Notes: a model not told the origin generated them from the sequence alone. Positions 21,241-31,560 are shown, counted from the first letter of the stretch. The stretch is 64,000 bases of DNA from an uncultured Alphaproteobacteria bacterium (GCA_963807175.1 CAWEAC010000005.1:43130-107129), one strand, 5' to 3'. A program made the numbers and translations.

Positions 21241-22299
21241 TCAATTCGCGGCGATCAAGTCCGGCCCTATGTCGCGGAGGCTCGCCGTGCCGGAAAGCTG
21301 CATGGCCCGCACCAATTCGACGCGGAGATGTTCGATCACCGCGGCAACGCCATCGGCGCCCTGCACCGAAAGACCCCAGAGCACCGGCCGGCCGATCAGC
21401 ACGGCGCGGGCGCCGAGCGCCAGCGCCTTGAGAATATCGGTGCCGCGCCGAATGCCGCCATCGACATAGACCTCGGCTTTGCCGGCGAGCGCGGCGGCCA
21501 CCTCCCCGATCGCCGCCGCCGTCGTCACCGTGGTATCAAGATGGCGGCCGCCGTGATTGGAGACGATGATGGCGCGGGCGCCGCATTCGGCGCAACGCAC
21601 CGCGTCGTCGGCGCGCAGCACGCCCTTGACGATCACCGGCATAGGCGAGCGCTTGCCCAGCCATTCCAGCTCGCGCCAGGTGGCGGGATAGAGCACCTTG
21701 CCGGCGAAATCGGGGTGATAAAATGTGCGCCCCATCGGCGAACCGGGCATGTTGATGTTGAGAATATCCGGCGACGGCTCGTGCTGCTCCCGGGCGGCGC
21801 GTGGGCTCCAGCCTCCGGTCGGCGCATCGACCGTGAGCACGAGCGCGCTGAAGCCGGCGGCGGCGGCGCGATCCATGAGCGCTTCGACTTCGCCGCGGTT
21901 TGGCCAATAGTAAAGCTGGAACCATTGCGGCGCGCCACGCCGCTCGGCGGCGATGTCTTCGATCGTCCTATTGGCGTTGCTCGCCACGACGTAAGGAGCG
22001 TTTGCGTTCGCGGCGCCGCGTGCGGTGGCGCATTCTCCTTCCGCGTTGAACAATTTATGGCGCCCCATCGGTGCAATCATGATCGGATGCGGCTGCCGGC
22101 CGCCCAGCAAGGTCACGCCGGTGTCGATCGCCGCAACGTCGTTCAGCACGCGCGGGCGCAGCCGCAGCGCCCGCCAAGCCGCGGTGTTCTCAACCGCGCT
22201 GATTTCGTCATCGGCGCCGGCGGCACAGAAGGCAAACGAAGCAAGCGGTATTTTCTCCCGCGCCTGACCTTCCAGTGCGTCGAAATCGACACTATCCAT
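21241..22299 (-). CDS. FMN-dependent alpha-hydroxy acid oxidase/dehydrogenase
   Basis: LRPRVL, LTVD, VIVKGV, IVSNHGGRHLD and DGGIRRGTDILKALALGA motifs. Confidence 0.9.
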   Translation of the reverse strand: MDSVDFDALEGQAREKIPLASFAFCAAGADDEISAVENTAAWRALRLRPRVLNDVAAIDTGVTLLGGRQPHPIMIAPMGRHKLFNAEGECATARGAANANAPYVVASNANRTIEDIAAERRGAPQWFQLYYWPNRGEVEALMDRAAAAGFSALVLTVDAPTGGWSPRAAREQHEPSPDILNINMPGSPMGRTFYHPDFAGKVLYPATWRELEWLGKRSPMPVIVKGVLRADDAVRCAECGARAIIVSNHGGRHLDTTVTTAAAIGEVAAALAGKAEVYVDGGIRRGTDILKALALGARAVLIGRPVLWGLSVQGADGVAAVIEHLRVELVRAMQLSGTASLRDIGPDLIAAN

Positions 22300-22469
22300 G
22301 GGCACGTCCTCCGCCACGATGATGCGATGCGGAGCTTGCCCCAGCCGGCACCGGACCGCCAGCAGTGGGCGATTGTCATAATTGGCGGCGGCGAAGCTCA
22401 ACCGATTGCAATTAGCGCGCCGTTTGGCGCATCCTCGCGTCAAAATTGTCGAGCGCGGCGAGAACGGTC

Positions 22470-23567
22470 ATGAACATTTGGGCGGCGAACCGGGACTACG
22501 AGCGCTGGCTCGCAGGCGAGCTCAAGGGCGATATTGTCGAAGAAGATATCTTCAAAAAGCGGAAGCGGATGCGCGACAGCGCCTTCGCTTTTCTGCGCGC
22601 CACCTATTGGCGCTGGGCCGAGACCATTCTCGGCCTTTGTCCCGATATCGCCGACGCGCCGGCTGTACTGTCGGTCGGCGACATCCATCTGGAAAATTTC
22701 GGCACCTGGACCGACAAGGAAGGCCGCATCGTCTGGGGCGTCAACGACTACGACGAAGCCGCCGAAATGCCCTACATCCTCGATCCGCTGCGGCTGGCGA
22801 CCAGCGCGGCGCTGGCGACGACGCCGGACCAGATTTCGCTCAAGACGATTTGCTCGAGCGTCCTGGACGGCTACGCGCGCGGGCTCGAAACTCCAGAGGC
22901 CTTCGTGCTCGATCGCCAGCATATGTGGCTGCGGACGCGCTTCGTGGTCGGCGAGGCGGCGCGCGCCTTGTTCTGGCAGAAGATCGACAATCAGTATCAC
23001 GACCTGTTGTCGAAAAAGAAACCCGACCAACCGGCGGCCCGCTGGCTCAAACTGTTCGCCGCGGCGCTGCCGGACGCGTCGATCACCCTCGCCTATTGGC
23101 GGCGCACCGCCGGCACCGGCAGTCTCGGCCGGCCGCGCTGGCTCGGTTACGGCACGTGGCGCGGCGGTCCCCTTTTGCGCGAGGGAAAGGCGCTGGTGCC
23201 TTCCGGCTGGACGCGCGCGCATGGCGACGGCGTGCGATTGCCTCTCAACGACATCGCGCTCGGCAAATACCGCGCGCCTGATCCGTGGTACGCGGCGAGC
23301 GGGAACCTGTTGATGCGGCGGCTATCGCCGAACAACCGCAAGATCAATGTCGAGGACCGGCGCGACGCCGCCCGCCTGCTGCATCCCGACCTGCTCTGGG
23401 CCATGGGCCGCGAACTTGCAGCCGTCCATCTCGGCGTGCGCGACCGCCGCGACGCATTGCGCAAGGATCTGGAAAAGCGCAAGCGGCGCTGGTTTCGCGC
23501 CCACGTCGAAGCGGCGACGGAATTCGTCTCCCGCGAATACGCCGAGTGGGAGAAATCCGCCAAATAG
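22470..23567 (+). CDS. DUF2252 family (kinase-like) protein
   Basis: FAFLRATY, GDIHLENFG, VNDYDEA and GTGSLGRPR motifs. Confidence 0.75.
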   Translation: MNIWAANRDYERWLAGELKGDIVEEDIFKKRKRMRDSAFAFLRATYWRWAETILGLCPDIADAPAVLSVGDIHLENFGTWTDKEGRIVWGVNDYDEAAEMPYILDPLRLATSAALATTPDQISLKTICSSVLDGYARGLETPEAFVLDRQHMWLRTRFVVGEAARALFWQKIDNQYHDLLSKKKPDQPAARWLKLFAAALPDASITLAYWRRTAGTGSLGRPRWLGYGTWRGGPLLREGKALVPSGWTRAHGDGVRLPLNDIALGKYRAPDPWYAASGNLLMRRLSPNNRKINVEDRRDAARLLHPDLLWAMGRELAAVHLGVRDRRDALRKDLEKRKRRWFRAHVEAATEFVSREYAEWEKSAK

Positions 23568-23600
23568 CTTTCGCCGTCCATTTGCGATACATGGACCTGC

Positions 23601-24452
23601 ATGGGCCCCGCCGACAAACGCCGCACATTCCACGCGCTGCACCAAAGCGGCTGCTTCGTCATTCCCAATCCGTGGAACATCGGGAGCGCCCGCTATCTCC
23701 AGGGGCTCGGCTTCAAGGCGCTGGCGACCACCAGTTCCGGCTTTGCCCACGCGCAGGGTTACGCCGACGGCGAGCAATCCTGCGATGAGGTTCTCGCTCA
23801 CTTCAGCGAGATCGCCGCGGCGACCGACGTGCCGGTCAACGCCGACTTCGAAGGCGGCTATGCCGATGACCCCGACGGAGTGGCCGCGAATGTGACGCGA
23901 TGCATTGCAACCGGCGTCGCCGGTCTGTCGATCGAGGACGCGACGGGCAATCCAGACCGGTCGCTGTACGATTTCGATCTCGCGCTCGCCCGCGTCAAGG
24001 CCGCGCGCGCGGCCATCGACAAAGCCGGCGGCCAAGAAAATAGTAAAGTCGTGTTCACCGCGCGCACCGAGGGCTTCATTCGTGGGCGGCCCGACCTGGA
24101 CGAAACCATCCGGCGGCTGAAAGCCTTCGCCGATGCCGGCGCCGATTGCCTCTATTCGCCCGGCATCAAGACACGCGAGCAGATCGAGGCGACCGTGCAG
24201 GCGGTGGCGCCGAAGCCGGTCAACTTTCTCAACAGCGGCGCGTTCGGATTCACCGTCAAAGACCTCGCCAGCATGGGCGTGCGCCGCATCAGCGTCGGCG
24301 GCACACTGGCGCGCGTCGCCATGAACGCGTTCATCAAGGCGGCACGCGAGATCGCCCATGACGGCAGGTTCGACAGTTTCGCCGGCGTGATGACGAACGC
24401 CGAGCTCAACGCCTTCTTCCACGACGACCGCACGCGCCGGACGAAACCCTGA
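23601..24452 (+). CDS. Isocitrate lyase/PEP mutase family protein
   Basis: IPNPWNIGSA, ATTSSG, PVNADFEGGY, GLSIED and AGADCLY motifs. Confidence 0.88.
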   Translation: MGPADKRRTFHALHQSGCFVIPNPWNIGSARYLQGLGFKALATTSSGFAHAQGYADGEQSCDEVLAHFSEIAAATDVPVNADFEGGYADDPDGVAANVTRCIATGVAGLSIEDATGNPDRSLYDFDLALARVKAARAAIDKAGGQENSKVVFTARTEGFIRGRPDLDETIRRLKAFADAGADCLYSPGIKTREQIEATVQAVAPKPVNFLNSGAFGFTVKDLASMGVRRISVGGTLARVAMNAFIKAAREIAHDGRFDSFAGVMTNAELNAFFHDDRTRRTKP

Positions 24453-24454
24453 GC

Positions 24455-25706
24455 ATGCCATCTGTTCCCGAAGCGCCGTCCCTTGCCCGGCATCGGCCTT
24501 TCGTGCTGCTCTGGCTGGCGCGGCTGTGCTCCACGATCGGCTACCAGATGCTGGCCGTCGCTATCGGCTGGCAAGTCTACGAGATAACCAACAGCGCGTT
24601 CGATCTTGGCTTGGTCGGGCTGATCCAGTTCGCGCCGGCGGTAGTGCTGACGCTGCTGATCGGCCACGCTGCCGACCGCTACGATCGCCGCCTGATCGTG
24701 CGCACCGCGCAAGGCGTCTATGCGCTCGCCGCGGTCTTGATCACGCTCGCTTTGCTCGCCGGCGTGCTGTCCCGCGACCTGCTTTTCGGCGCAGTGTTCC
24801 TGATCGGCAGCGCGCGCGCCTTCGAAATCGCCGACCATGCACTCGCTGGTACCCGCATTGGTGCCACCAGGGATGATCGCGCGCGCGGTGGCCGCCTGGA
24901 CTTCGGCCAACCAGGTCGCCGTGATTTGCGGCCCGGCTCTGGGCGGCCTGATCTATACGATCAGCCCGACGCTGGTCAGCGCCATCTGCCTGGTGTTTTT
25001 CACCGCCTCCATCACGCTAGTCAGCTTCGTGCGCACCAAAGGTCCGGCCACGACCCGCGAGCCGCCAACCCTGAGATCGGTGTTGGCCGGGCTCAAATTC
25101 ATCGCCACGCGCCGCCGCCTGCTCGGCGTCATCACGCTCGACCTGTTTGTGGTACTGCTCGGCGGCGCCACCGCGCTGCTGCCGATCTATGCGCGCGATA
25201 TTCTGGCGGCGGGGCCGATCGGCCTCGGATTGCTGCGGTCGGCGCCGGCGGCGGGCGCCTTGATCACCTCGATCGTGCTGTCGCACCATCCGGTCGAACG
25301 GCACATCGGGCGCAAGATGTTCGCCGTGGTGGCGATCTATGGCGTGACGACCATTGCATTCGCGCTGTCGACTTGGTTTCCGCTCTCGCTGCTGATGCTG
25401 GCCGTGCTTGGCGCGTCCGATGCGTTGAGCGTCGTGATCCGTTTTTCGCTGGTCCAGATCGAAACGCCCGACGACAAGCGCGGGCGCGTGAGCGCGATCA
25501 ATTACCTGTTCGTCGGCTCGTCCAATACGCTGGGCGAATTCGAATCCGGCACGGTCGCCGCCTGGCTGGGCCCGGTGTCGTCGGTGCTGATCGGCGGGAT
25601 GGGCTCATTGCTGATCGCCGGCATCTGGATGCTATTATTCCCCGACCTGCGCCGCATCGACCGTTTCGAGCCGGCGGTTAAAGAGGAAACGAGCGCGCGA
25701 TCATGA
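24455..25706 (+). CDS. MFS transporter (DHA3/EntS-like), with an apparent +1 frameshift at ~24826
   Basis: The first half lies in ORF 24455 and the second half in ORF 24837..25706. Reading AAA at 24825-24827 as AA restores FESPTMHSLVP. Confidence 0.82.
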
Positions 25707-25742
25707 ATGGTGGGAGCCGGTTTTTCCGATAAGATCGCGCGC
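25693..25742. repeat. Short palindromic repeat overlapping the MFS stop codon
   Basis: Degenerate reverse complement of the copy at 13359-13407. Confidence 0.65.
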
Positions 25743-25759
25743 AATTAAAGAGGGCTAAC

Positions 25760-26743
25760 ATGCATATTCTGATGACCGGCGCGGCGGGGATGATCGGCCG
25801 CAAGCTTGCAACCCGGCTCGTACAAAACGGCGGCTTGAACGAACAGCCGATCGACCGGCTGACGCTGATCGACATTGTCCCGCCGGAACGGCCTGCCGGT
25901 TTCAACGGCAAAGTCGATCTGGTTACTAGCGATCTGGCGGCGCCCGGTGCCGCCGCGCAGGCGGTAGCGGAGCGGCCGGACGCGATCTTCCACCTCGCCG
26001 GCGTGGTCTCCGCCGAGGCCGAGACCGATCTCGAGAAGGGCTACCGTGCCAATCTCGACGGCACCCGCGCGGTGTTCGAGGCGATTCGTCTGACCGGCGA
26101 CGGCTACAAACCGAAGGTGATGTTCACGTCGTCCTGCGCAGTGTTCGGGGCGCCGTTCCCGGACGCCATCAGCGACGATTTTCATCTGACGCCGCTGACC
26201 TCCTACGGCACCGCCAAGGCGATGAGCGAACTGATGCTGGCAGACTTTACCCGGCGCGGCTTCCTCGAAGGCGTCGGCCTGCGCCTGCCGGCGATCTGCG
26301 TGCGGCCGGGCAAACCGAACAAGGCGGCGTCGGGTTTCTTCTCCGGCATCATCCGCGAACCGCTGGCCGGGCAGGAAGCGCTGTTGCCGGTCGAGGAAAG
26401 CGTGCTGCACACCCACGCCAGCCCGCGCTCGGCGGCCGGCTTCCTGATCCACGCCGCGGGACTGACGCGCGAGCAATTGGGCGACCGAATCAATATCAAC
26501 ATGCCGGGCGTGTGCTGCACGGTCGGCGAACAGATCGCGGCCTTGCGCCGCATCGCCGGCGACAAGGTCGCCGCCCGAATCCGGCGCTCGCCCGATGCGC
26601 TGGTTGAGCGGATCGTCGCGGGTTGGCCCAGCCGATTCGACGCGCGCCGCGCCGCCGCGCTCGGTTTCAAGGTCGAGGCGACATTCGCCGACATTATTCG
26701 CGTGCATATCGAAGAAGACCTGGGCGGCAAGATCGTCAATTAA
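25760..26743 (+). CDS. denD: D-erythronate dehydrogenase-like NAD-dependent epimerase/dehydratase
   Basis: ITGAAGMIG-type Rossmann start, FHLAGVVSAEAE, TPLTSYGTAK and RPGKPNKAASGFFSGIIREPL motifs. Confidence 0.78.
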   Translation: MHILMTGAAGMIGRKLATRLVQNGGLNEQPIDRLTLIDIVPPERPAGFNGKVDLVTSDLAAPGAAAQAVAERPDAIFHLAGVVSAEAETDLEKGYRANLDGTRAVFEAIRLTGDGYKPKVMFTSSCAVFGAPFPDAISDDFHLTPLTSYGTAKAMSELMLADFTRRGFLEGVGLRLPAICVRPGKPNKAASGFFSGIIREPLAGQEALLPVEESVLHTHASPRSAAGFLIHAAGLTREQLGDRININMPGVCCTVGEQIAALRRIAGDKVAARIRRSPDALVERIVAGWPSRFDARRAAALGFKVEATFADIIRVHIEEDLGGKIVN

Positions 26744-26813
26744 CTGTCCGGGCCCAGCCTGCCCCGACCAAAGCGAACTTGCGTCAAGCCCGCCAAGCCT
26801 TACATTATCGCCC

Positions 26814-27638
26814 ATGACCTACGTCGACGCCGCCGTCGCCCCCCTCCGCAAGACCGGCCAAATCAAGATCCACGGCCCCGCCGCCTTTGAAGGCATGCGT
26901 GCGGCCGGGCAATTGGTTGCGCGCTGCCTCGACATGCTGACCGACCATGTCGGCCCCGGCGTGGCGACCGATAAGATCGACCGGCTGGTGTTCGACTACG
27001 CGATGGATCACGGCGCGCTGCCGGCGACGCTGATGTATCGCGGCTACAAAAAATCGACCTGCACCTCGCTCAATCACGTGGTCTGCCACGGCATTCCCGG
27101 CGACAAGCCGCTCAAGGACGGCGACATCGTCAATATCGACGTAACGCTGATCCTCGACGGCTGGCACGGCGATTCCAGCCGCATGTTCGCCATCGGCGAA
27201 ATCCCGCGCCGTGCCGAACGGCTGATCGAGGTGACACACGAGGCCATGGTGCGCGGCATCGCCACCATCCGGCCCGGCTCGACCACCGGCGACATCGGCG
27301 CCGCGATCCAGAGCTACGTCGACGCCCAGCATATGAGCGTGGTGCGCGACTTCTGCGGCCACGGTCTCGGCCGCCTGTTCCACGACGAGCCCAACATCGT
27401 CCATGTCGGGCGCCCGGGCGAAGGCATCGTGCTCAAGCCCGGCATGTTCTTCACCGTCGAGCCGATGATCAATATCGGCCGCCCGCATGTGAAAGTGCTG
27501 TCCGACGGCTGGACCGCGGTGACGCGGGACCGCTCGCTGTCGGCCCAGTTCGAGCACACCGTCGGCGTCACCGACAAAGGCTTCGAGGTGTTCACCTTTT
27601 CCTCGGCCGGGCTGCACAAACCGCCCTATAAGCGCTGA
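26814..27638 (+). CDS. map: Type I methionine aminopeptidase
   Basis: CHGIPG, NIDVT, WHGDSSRM, CGHGLG, FTVEPMIN and SAQFEHT motifs. Confidence 0.95.
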   Translation: MTYVDAAVAPLRKTGQIKIHGPAAFEGMRAAGQLVARCLDMLTDHVGPGVATDKIDRLVFDYAMDHGALPATLMYRGYKKSTCTSLNHVVCHGIPGDKPLKDGDIVNIDVTLILDGWHGDSSRMFAIGEIPRRAERLIEVTHEAMVRGIATIRPGSTTGDIGAAIQSYVDAQHMSVVRDFCGHGLGRLFHDEPNIVHVGRPGEGIVLKPGMFFTVEPMINIGRPHVKVLSDGWTAVTRDRSLSAQFEHTVGVTDKGFEVFTFSSAGLHKPPYKR

Positions 27639-27739
27639 TCCCCGCTGGTAGCAAACGCCGAAAGCCACCCTCGTGGACGGCATATTATACCTGCCATACC
27701 CAAAAGGCAGCGGAAGCTATTGCTTAGCTATATTGTTGC

Positions 27740-28546
27740 TTATCGATCGGAAGCTAATGCCGTCGCCATTTCAGCAATGATCGCCTTTGCAGCAGCGCGG
27801 GGATTAGGCGCAGCGTATATGGGCCGTCCAAGAACGAGATAATCGGCACCAGAGCGAATTGCTTCAAACGGGGTAGTGACGCGCTTCTGCTCGTCCGCTG
27901 TGCTCCCCGCAGGGCGAATACCGGGTGAAACAATCATAAGCTTGTTGTTTGTGTGTTTTCGTATTGATGCAGCTTCAAGAGCCGAAGCAATCACACCATC
28001 AACACCGGCATCAAGGGCCTTTTTGGCGCGCGCGAGGACTAGTTCCTCAACATCGCACTGAAATCCCATCTCTTTAATATCTTCCGCATCCATACTTGTG
28101 AGCACAGTCACACAAAGAATCTTCAAATCGGAATTTCCGCGCCCCTCAACAGCAGCTTTCAATATTCCAGCCACCCCATGGACGGTCAAAAAGCTGATTT
28201 TAAGTTCAGCAGCGCGCGCCACTGCATTCCGAATTGTTTCCTCAATATCGTAATACTTATAATCCAAAAATACGCGCTTACCCTGCTGAATAAGCTCCTT
28301 TGCAAATTCGTCACCGCCAGCCAACTGAAGGCCCAAGCCAACCTTAAAGAAAGAAACCTCGTCCCCTAATTCCGTTACAAGCTTGCGGGCGTCAGCAATT
28401 TCCCAATAATCCAGCGCGACGATCAGCTTTTCACGCGCTTGTTCGACATAATCAGAGCCGGGAAGCCGCCGAAGATCCCCGTCGAAGGCCGTCGCAAGAA
28501 CAAGGAGACGTGACCCTGAAGCTTCAGCCTTTTCTGCGATAATCTG
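27740..28546 (-). CDS. pyrF: Orotidine 5'-phosphate decarboxylase-like ORF with no in-frame start codon
   Basis: KLIVALD, catalytic [10 protein letters not shown] (DxKxxDIxxT), VTVLTS, PGIRP and [11 protein letters not shown] motifs. The frame is open to the TAG at 28547-28549 with no ATG/GTG/TTG before 28336. Confidence 0.8.
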   Translation of the reverse strand, partial: QIIAEKAEASGSRLLVLATAFDGDLRRLPGSDYVEQAREKLIVALDYWEIADARKLVTELGDEVSFFKVGLGLQLAGGDEFAKELIQQGKRVFLDYKYYDIEETIRNAVARAAELKISFLTVHGVAGILKAAVEGRGNSDLKILCVTVLTSMDAEDIKEMGFQCDVEELVLARAKKALDAGVDGVIASALEAASIRKHTNNKLMIVSPGIRPAGSTADEQKRVTTPFEAIRSGADYLVLGRPIYAAPNPRAAAKAIIAEMATALASDR

Positions 28547-28568
28547 CTATCGCCGCTGCACAACATCG

Positions 28569-28805
28569 TTAGCTTGACAGCCAGCGCGCGAGATCAGCCG
28601 ATTTCGGCAGGCCGCCCGCATGGACCACTTTGCCATCGATGACGATGCCCGGCGTCGAAGCGATGCCGTAGCCGGCGATGGCCGCATAGTCGGTCACCTT
28701 TTCAACCTTAACCGGGACACCGAGCTTGTCGGCTTCGGTCTGCACCATCTCGGCCGTCGTGACGCAACGCTTGCAGCCAGGGCCGAGGACTTTGACGTCT
28801 TTCAT
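28569..28805 (-). CDS. Small thioredoxin-family protein (MTH895-like)
   Basis: MKDVKVLGPGCKRC...TPGIVIDGKVVHAG, 78 aa, GGAG RBS. Typical partner of ArsP permeases. Confidence 0.85.
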   Translation of the reverse strand: MKDVKVLGPGCKRCVTTAEMVQTEADKLGVPVKVEKVTDYAAIAGYGIASTPGIVIDGKVVHAGGLPKSADLARWLSS

Positions 28806-28822
28806 GACTCTTCTCCGTTTTG

Positions 28823-29070
28823 TTACTGGAATAGCGCGTTGAATAGAAAGCCGACCGCGAGAATGCCGGTGCCGACGACACCAACGAACACCGCAATCAG
28901 GCGGATGGTGAGGACCTTGCGCAAGATGATCATCTCGGGGAGCGACAGCGCTATCACCGACATCATGAAGGCCAGGACGGCACCGAGCGCTGCGCCTTTC
29001 GCGAGTAGCGCCGTGACCACGGGGATGATGCCAGCGGCATTCGAATACATCGGAATGCCGATCAGCACCA
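28823..29070 (-). pseudogene. 3' fragment of an ArsP/DUF318-type permease
   Basis: Only the C-terminal GIPMYSNAAG...LSLPEMIILRKVL segment is present. Homology stops at ~29070. Confidence 0.75.
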
Positions 29071-29071
29071 T

Positions 29072-29530
29072 GCCTGCATCGACCACCGGGCACCCGATTT
29101 TACCGCCCGTCTTGCCGCAGCATGCCCGAAAGGTATCGACGTCTATTTTGAGAATGTCGGCGGCGCGGTATTCGAGGCCGTTTTCCCACTGCTCAGTCCG
29201 TTCGCCCGCATTCCGGTGTGTGGGCTGATCTCCATGTACAATGCCACGTCGCTGTCTCCCGGCCCCATCCTCCTACCGCACATGATGCGGACGATCTTGA
29301 CCAAGCGGTTGATGTTCCGCGGGTTTATCGTCTCCGACTTTTTCGGGCGCTACGGGGATTTCATGCGCGATGTCTCTGCTTGGGTCGCCGAGGGACGGAT
29401 CAAGTATCGCGAAGACGTGGTTGAAGGGCCCAAGAACGCGCCGCGGGCCCTCATCGGCCTCTTGCGTGGGGAGAATTTCGGCAAACTTTTGGTGCGCGTT
29501 GTGGCTCATAATGAAACGCACCAACATTAA
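29072..29530 (+). pseudogene. 3' fragment of an NADP-dependent oxidoreductase (CurA/PTGR-like)
   Basis: In frame from 29072: ACIDHRAPDF...CPKGIDVYFENVGG...RIPVCGLIS...GENFGKLLVRV. The N-terminal half is missing. Confidence 0.8.
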
Positions 29531-29650
29531 GCCAATTTAGTGCCGCCTAACTGGCCTTTAGGCTAGTGCCTGGGCAAGATGAAAAGCCGAATGACTAGGC
29601 CGCTCAAATGCGACCTATAAAATCTCGCTAAAAAACTCGGAGCAACTGCA

Positions 29651-30229
29651 ATGAGCAACGCAGAACCGGACCCGCAGGCCGCCCGATTATCTAACTTGCA
29701 GGGCAAGGTGTCGCCTAAGTTGCCACATGCAAGTTTTTGGATCAGAGAACTTCCTTTCAGCCTGGTGTTGATCCTGACGATACTCGGCGTTGCCTATACG
29801 ACTGTCTCAAAACAACCGATTATCGTTTATTGGGAACTTCTTGCGCCGGTGATCGGGCTTGTCTGTGTCGGTGCTGGATGGCCGAACGCCAACGATAAAA
29901 ACGCGCGATTGCTGTTGATATGTACCCAGGCACTGCACTGGGTCGCATTCCTACTTGTGATGAATTTGATGTTGTTGCCGAGCGTTCAAAGGATCCTCAA
30001 CGCCAGCGCGACCGGACTTTCCATTCTCACGTTGTTGGCGCTCGGCACCTTTACCGCTGGTGTGCATGTCCTTTCCTGGCAAGTCTGCCTTCTCGGGCTC
30101 ATCATGGCGCTCTGCGTTCCGGCAGCTGCGTGGATCGAGGCATCGGCTCTGATTGTCGTATTAATTGCAGCAGCGGTGCTGGCAATTGGCATAGTGTTCT
30201 GGTGGTACTGGCACAGAACAGCCATGTAG
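29651..30229 (+). CDS. Hypothetical multi-pass membrane protein
   Basis: 192 aa with about 6 hydrophobic segments. GGAG RBS upstream. Confidence 0.65.
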   Translation: MSNAEPDPQAARLSNLQGKVSPKLPHASFWIRELPFSLVLILTILGVAYTTVSKQPIIVYWELLAPVIGLVCVGAGWPNANDKNARLLLICTQALHWVAFLLVMNLMLLPSVQRILNASATGLSILTLLALGTFTAGVHVLSWQVCLLGLIMALCVPAAAWIEASALIVVLIAAAVLAIGIVFWWYWHRTAM

Positions 30230-30302
30230 GTCGCACCTGCTCTACCACTTGCTCGGTCCGAATGTGTTCATTCTCGAAGTTCGCCACGCACGAGGGATAT
30301 GG

Positions 30303-30325
30303 TGCAACCAGACCGTTATGAGCGG
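30303..30325 (-). other. 23-nt fragment of tRNA-Ile(CAU)/Met anticodon-variable region, att-like scar
   Basis: The minus strand reads CCGCTCATAACGGTCTGGTTGCA, matching the alphaproteobacterial tRNA(CAU) sequence as I recall it. No full cloverleaf is present. Confidence 0.55.
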
Positions 30326-30647
30326 TACGCCCTCCCCGGAAAAGCCGATAAAATCTGACGATTAACGTCACGTTCGATCACGGTTGACGACGCTTGTTCT
30401 CGTTTGGTTGCGCTGTATCGTTGGTCAATTGTTGGTCAACGATAACCCCACACGAACTATAGCAGTGCAATAATGATGCGCTGACGTTAGGCGATTCCTT
30501 CGGCTAATCAATGCGGATACGGTTTTCGGTACACACAGTGCAACTGGGGACGCTATGAGCCGCTGAGGTCCAGATCAATAGAGCAAGCCGCGCGCGGTTG
30601 GCTCAAATGCGAAGCTGATCACAAAGGGCACGTAAAAAGCCTACGGG

Positions 30648-31559
30648 CTAGAGTGCCTCAATATATTCCACCATTCGCCGCCGCTGGTGGGCATCGGGCA
30701 AGGGACCGCGCATGGCACCAAGGTTATCCGTCATATGAGCGGGGTTGCTAGTGCCGGGGATAACCGCTGTCACCCTTGGGTCACCCAGCAGATATTTGAG
30801 AAAAAATTGAGCCCAGCTTGCGGCGAACTCGGAAGCCCAATCCGGGAGCATTTTGCCGCGCACAGCCCTGAATAAACGGCCGCGGCCGAAGGGCAACGCC
30901 GTGAGCACGCCGGACTTGTTGTCTTGGGCGAGGGGCAGGATGCGCTTCTCGGCTTCGCGGTCTTCAATAGAATAATCGATTTGCACGAAATCTGGCTTTT
31001 GGCTTGTCAGAACGGCTTCGACCGCCGGGAACGCGCCTTGGAAGGTCGATGTAATGCCGATGTAGCGGCACACGCCTTGCGCTTTCCACTCCTTGAAGGC
31101 AGACAGCGATTGCTGTGGATCGCTGACGTTGTGGAGCTGGAGCAGGTCGAGCTTTTCAGTCCGCAATCGGCTTAGCGATTGCTTTAGCTCGGCCGCATCA
31201 GGCGATTTAAGCTTTGTTGCGATAAACAGCTTATTGCGTAGCCCAGCAGGTGCGATCACATCGCCCAGGACGCGTTCAGCATCGCCATAGGTCGACGCCG
31301 TATCGATTAGCTTGCCGCCATTGCCAACAAGCGATTGTATGACCGCGCTTGCCTTTTGCAGGGTGGCCTTATCGGCGCTGTCAAAGACCTGGGCCGTGCC
31401 GAGACCGACCACCGGCAAATACTCGCCACTCGAGGGGATCGCGCGGGTAATAAGCGGTGAGGATGGTTGCGCGAATGCCCGCCTATACGTGGTCGCTCCT
31501 TGCGCCACCAACACCGCCGCCGGCAATATCGCGAATTGGCGTCGCGTCAACACAGTCAT
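30648..31559 (-). CDS. Aldo/keto reductase with twin-arginine signal peptide
   Basis: N-terminal TRRQF, h-region and AFA cleavage site. AKR motifs GLGT, IDTASTYG, FIATK, LDLLQLHN, IGITS and IPGTS. Confidence 0.88.
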   Translation of the reverse strand: MTVLTRRQFAILPAAVLVAQGATTYRRAFAQPSSPLITRAIPSSGEYLPVVGLGTAQVFDSADKATLQKASAVIQSLVGNGGKLIDTASTYGDAERVLGDVIAPAGLRNKLFIATKLKSPDAAELKQSLSRLRTEKLDLLQLHNVSDPQQSLSAFKEWKAQGVCRYIGITSTFQGAFPAVEAVLTSQKPDFVQIDYSIEDREAEKRILPLAQDNKSGVLTALPFGRGRLFRAVRGKMLPDWASEFAASWAQFFLKYLLGDPRVTAVIPGTSNPAHMTDNLGAMRGPLPDAHQRRRMVEYIEAL

Positions 31560-31560
31560 C

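Noticed and set aside
30303-30325. Functional tRNA gene
   Set aside because: Only 23 nt match; the acceptor, D and T arms are missing.
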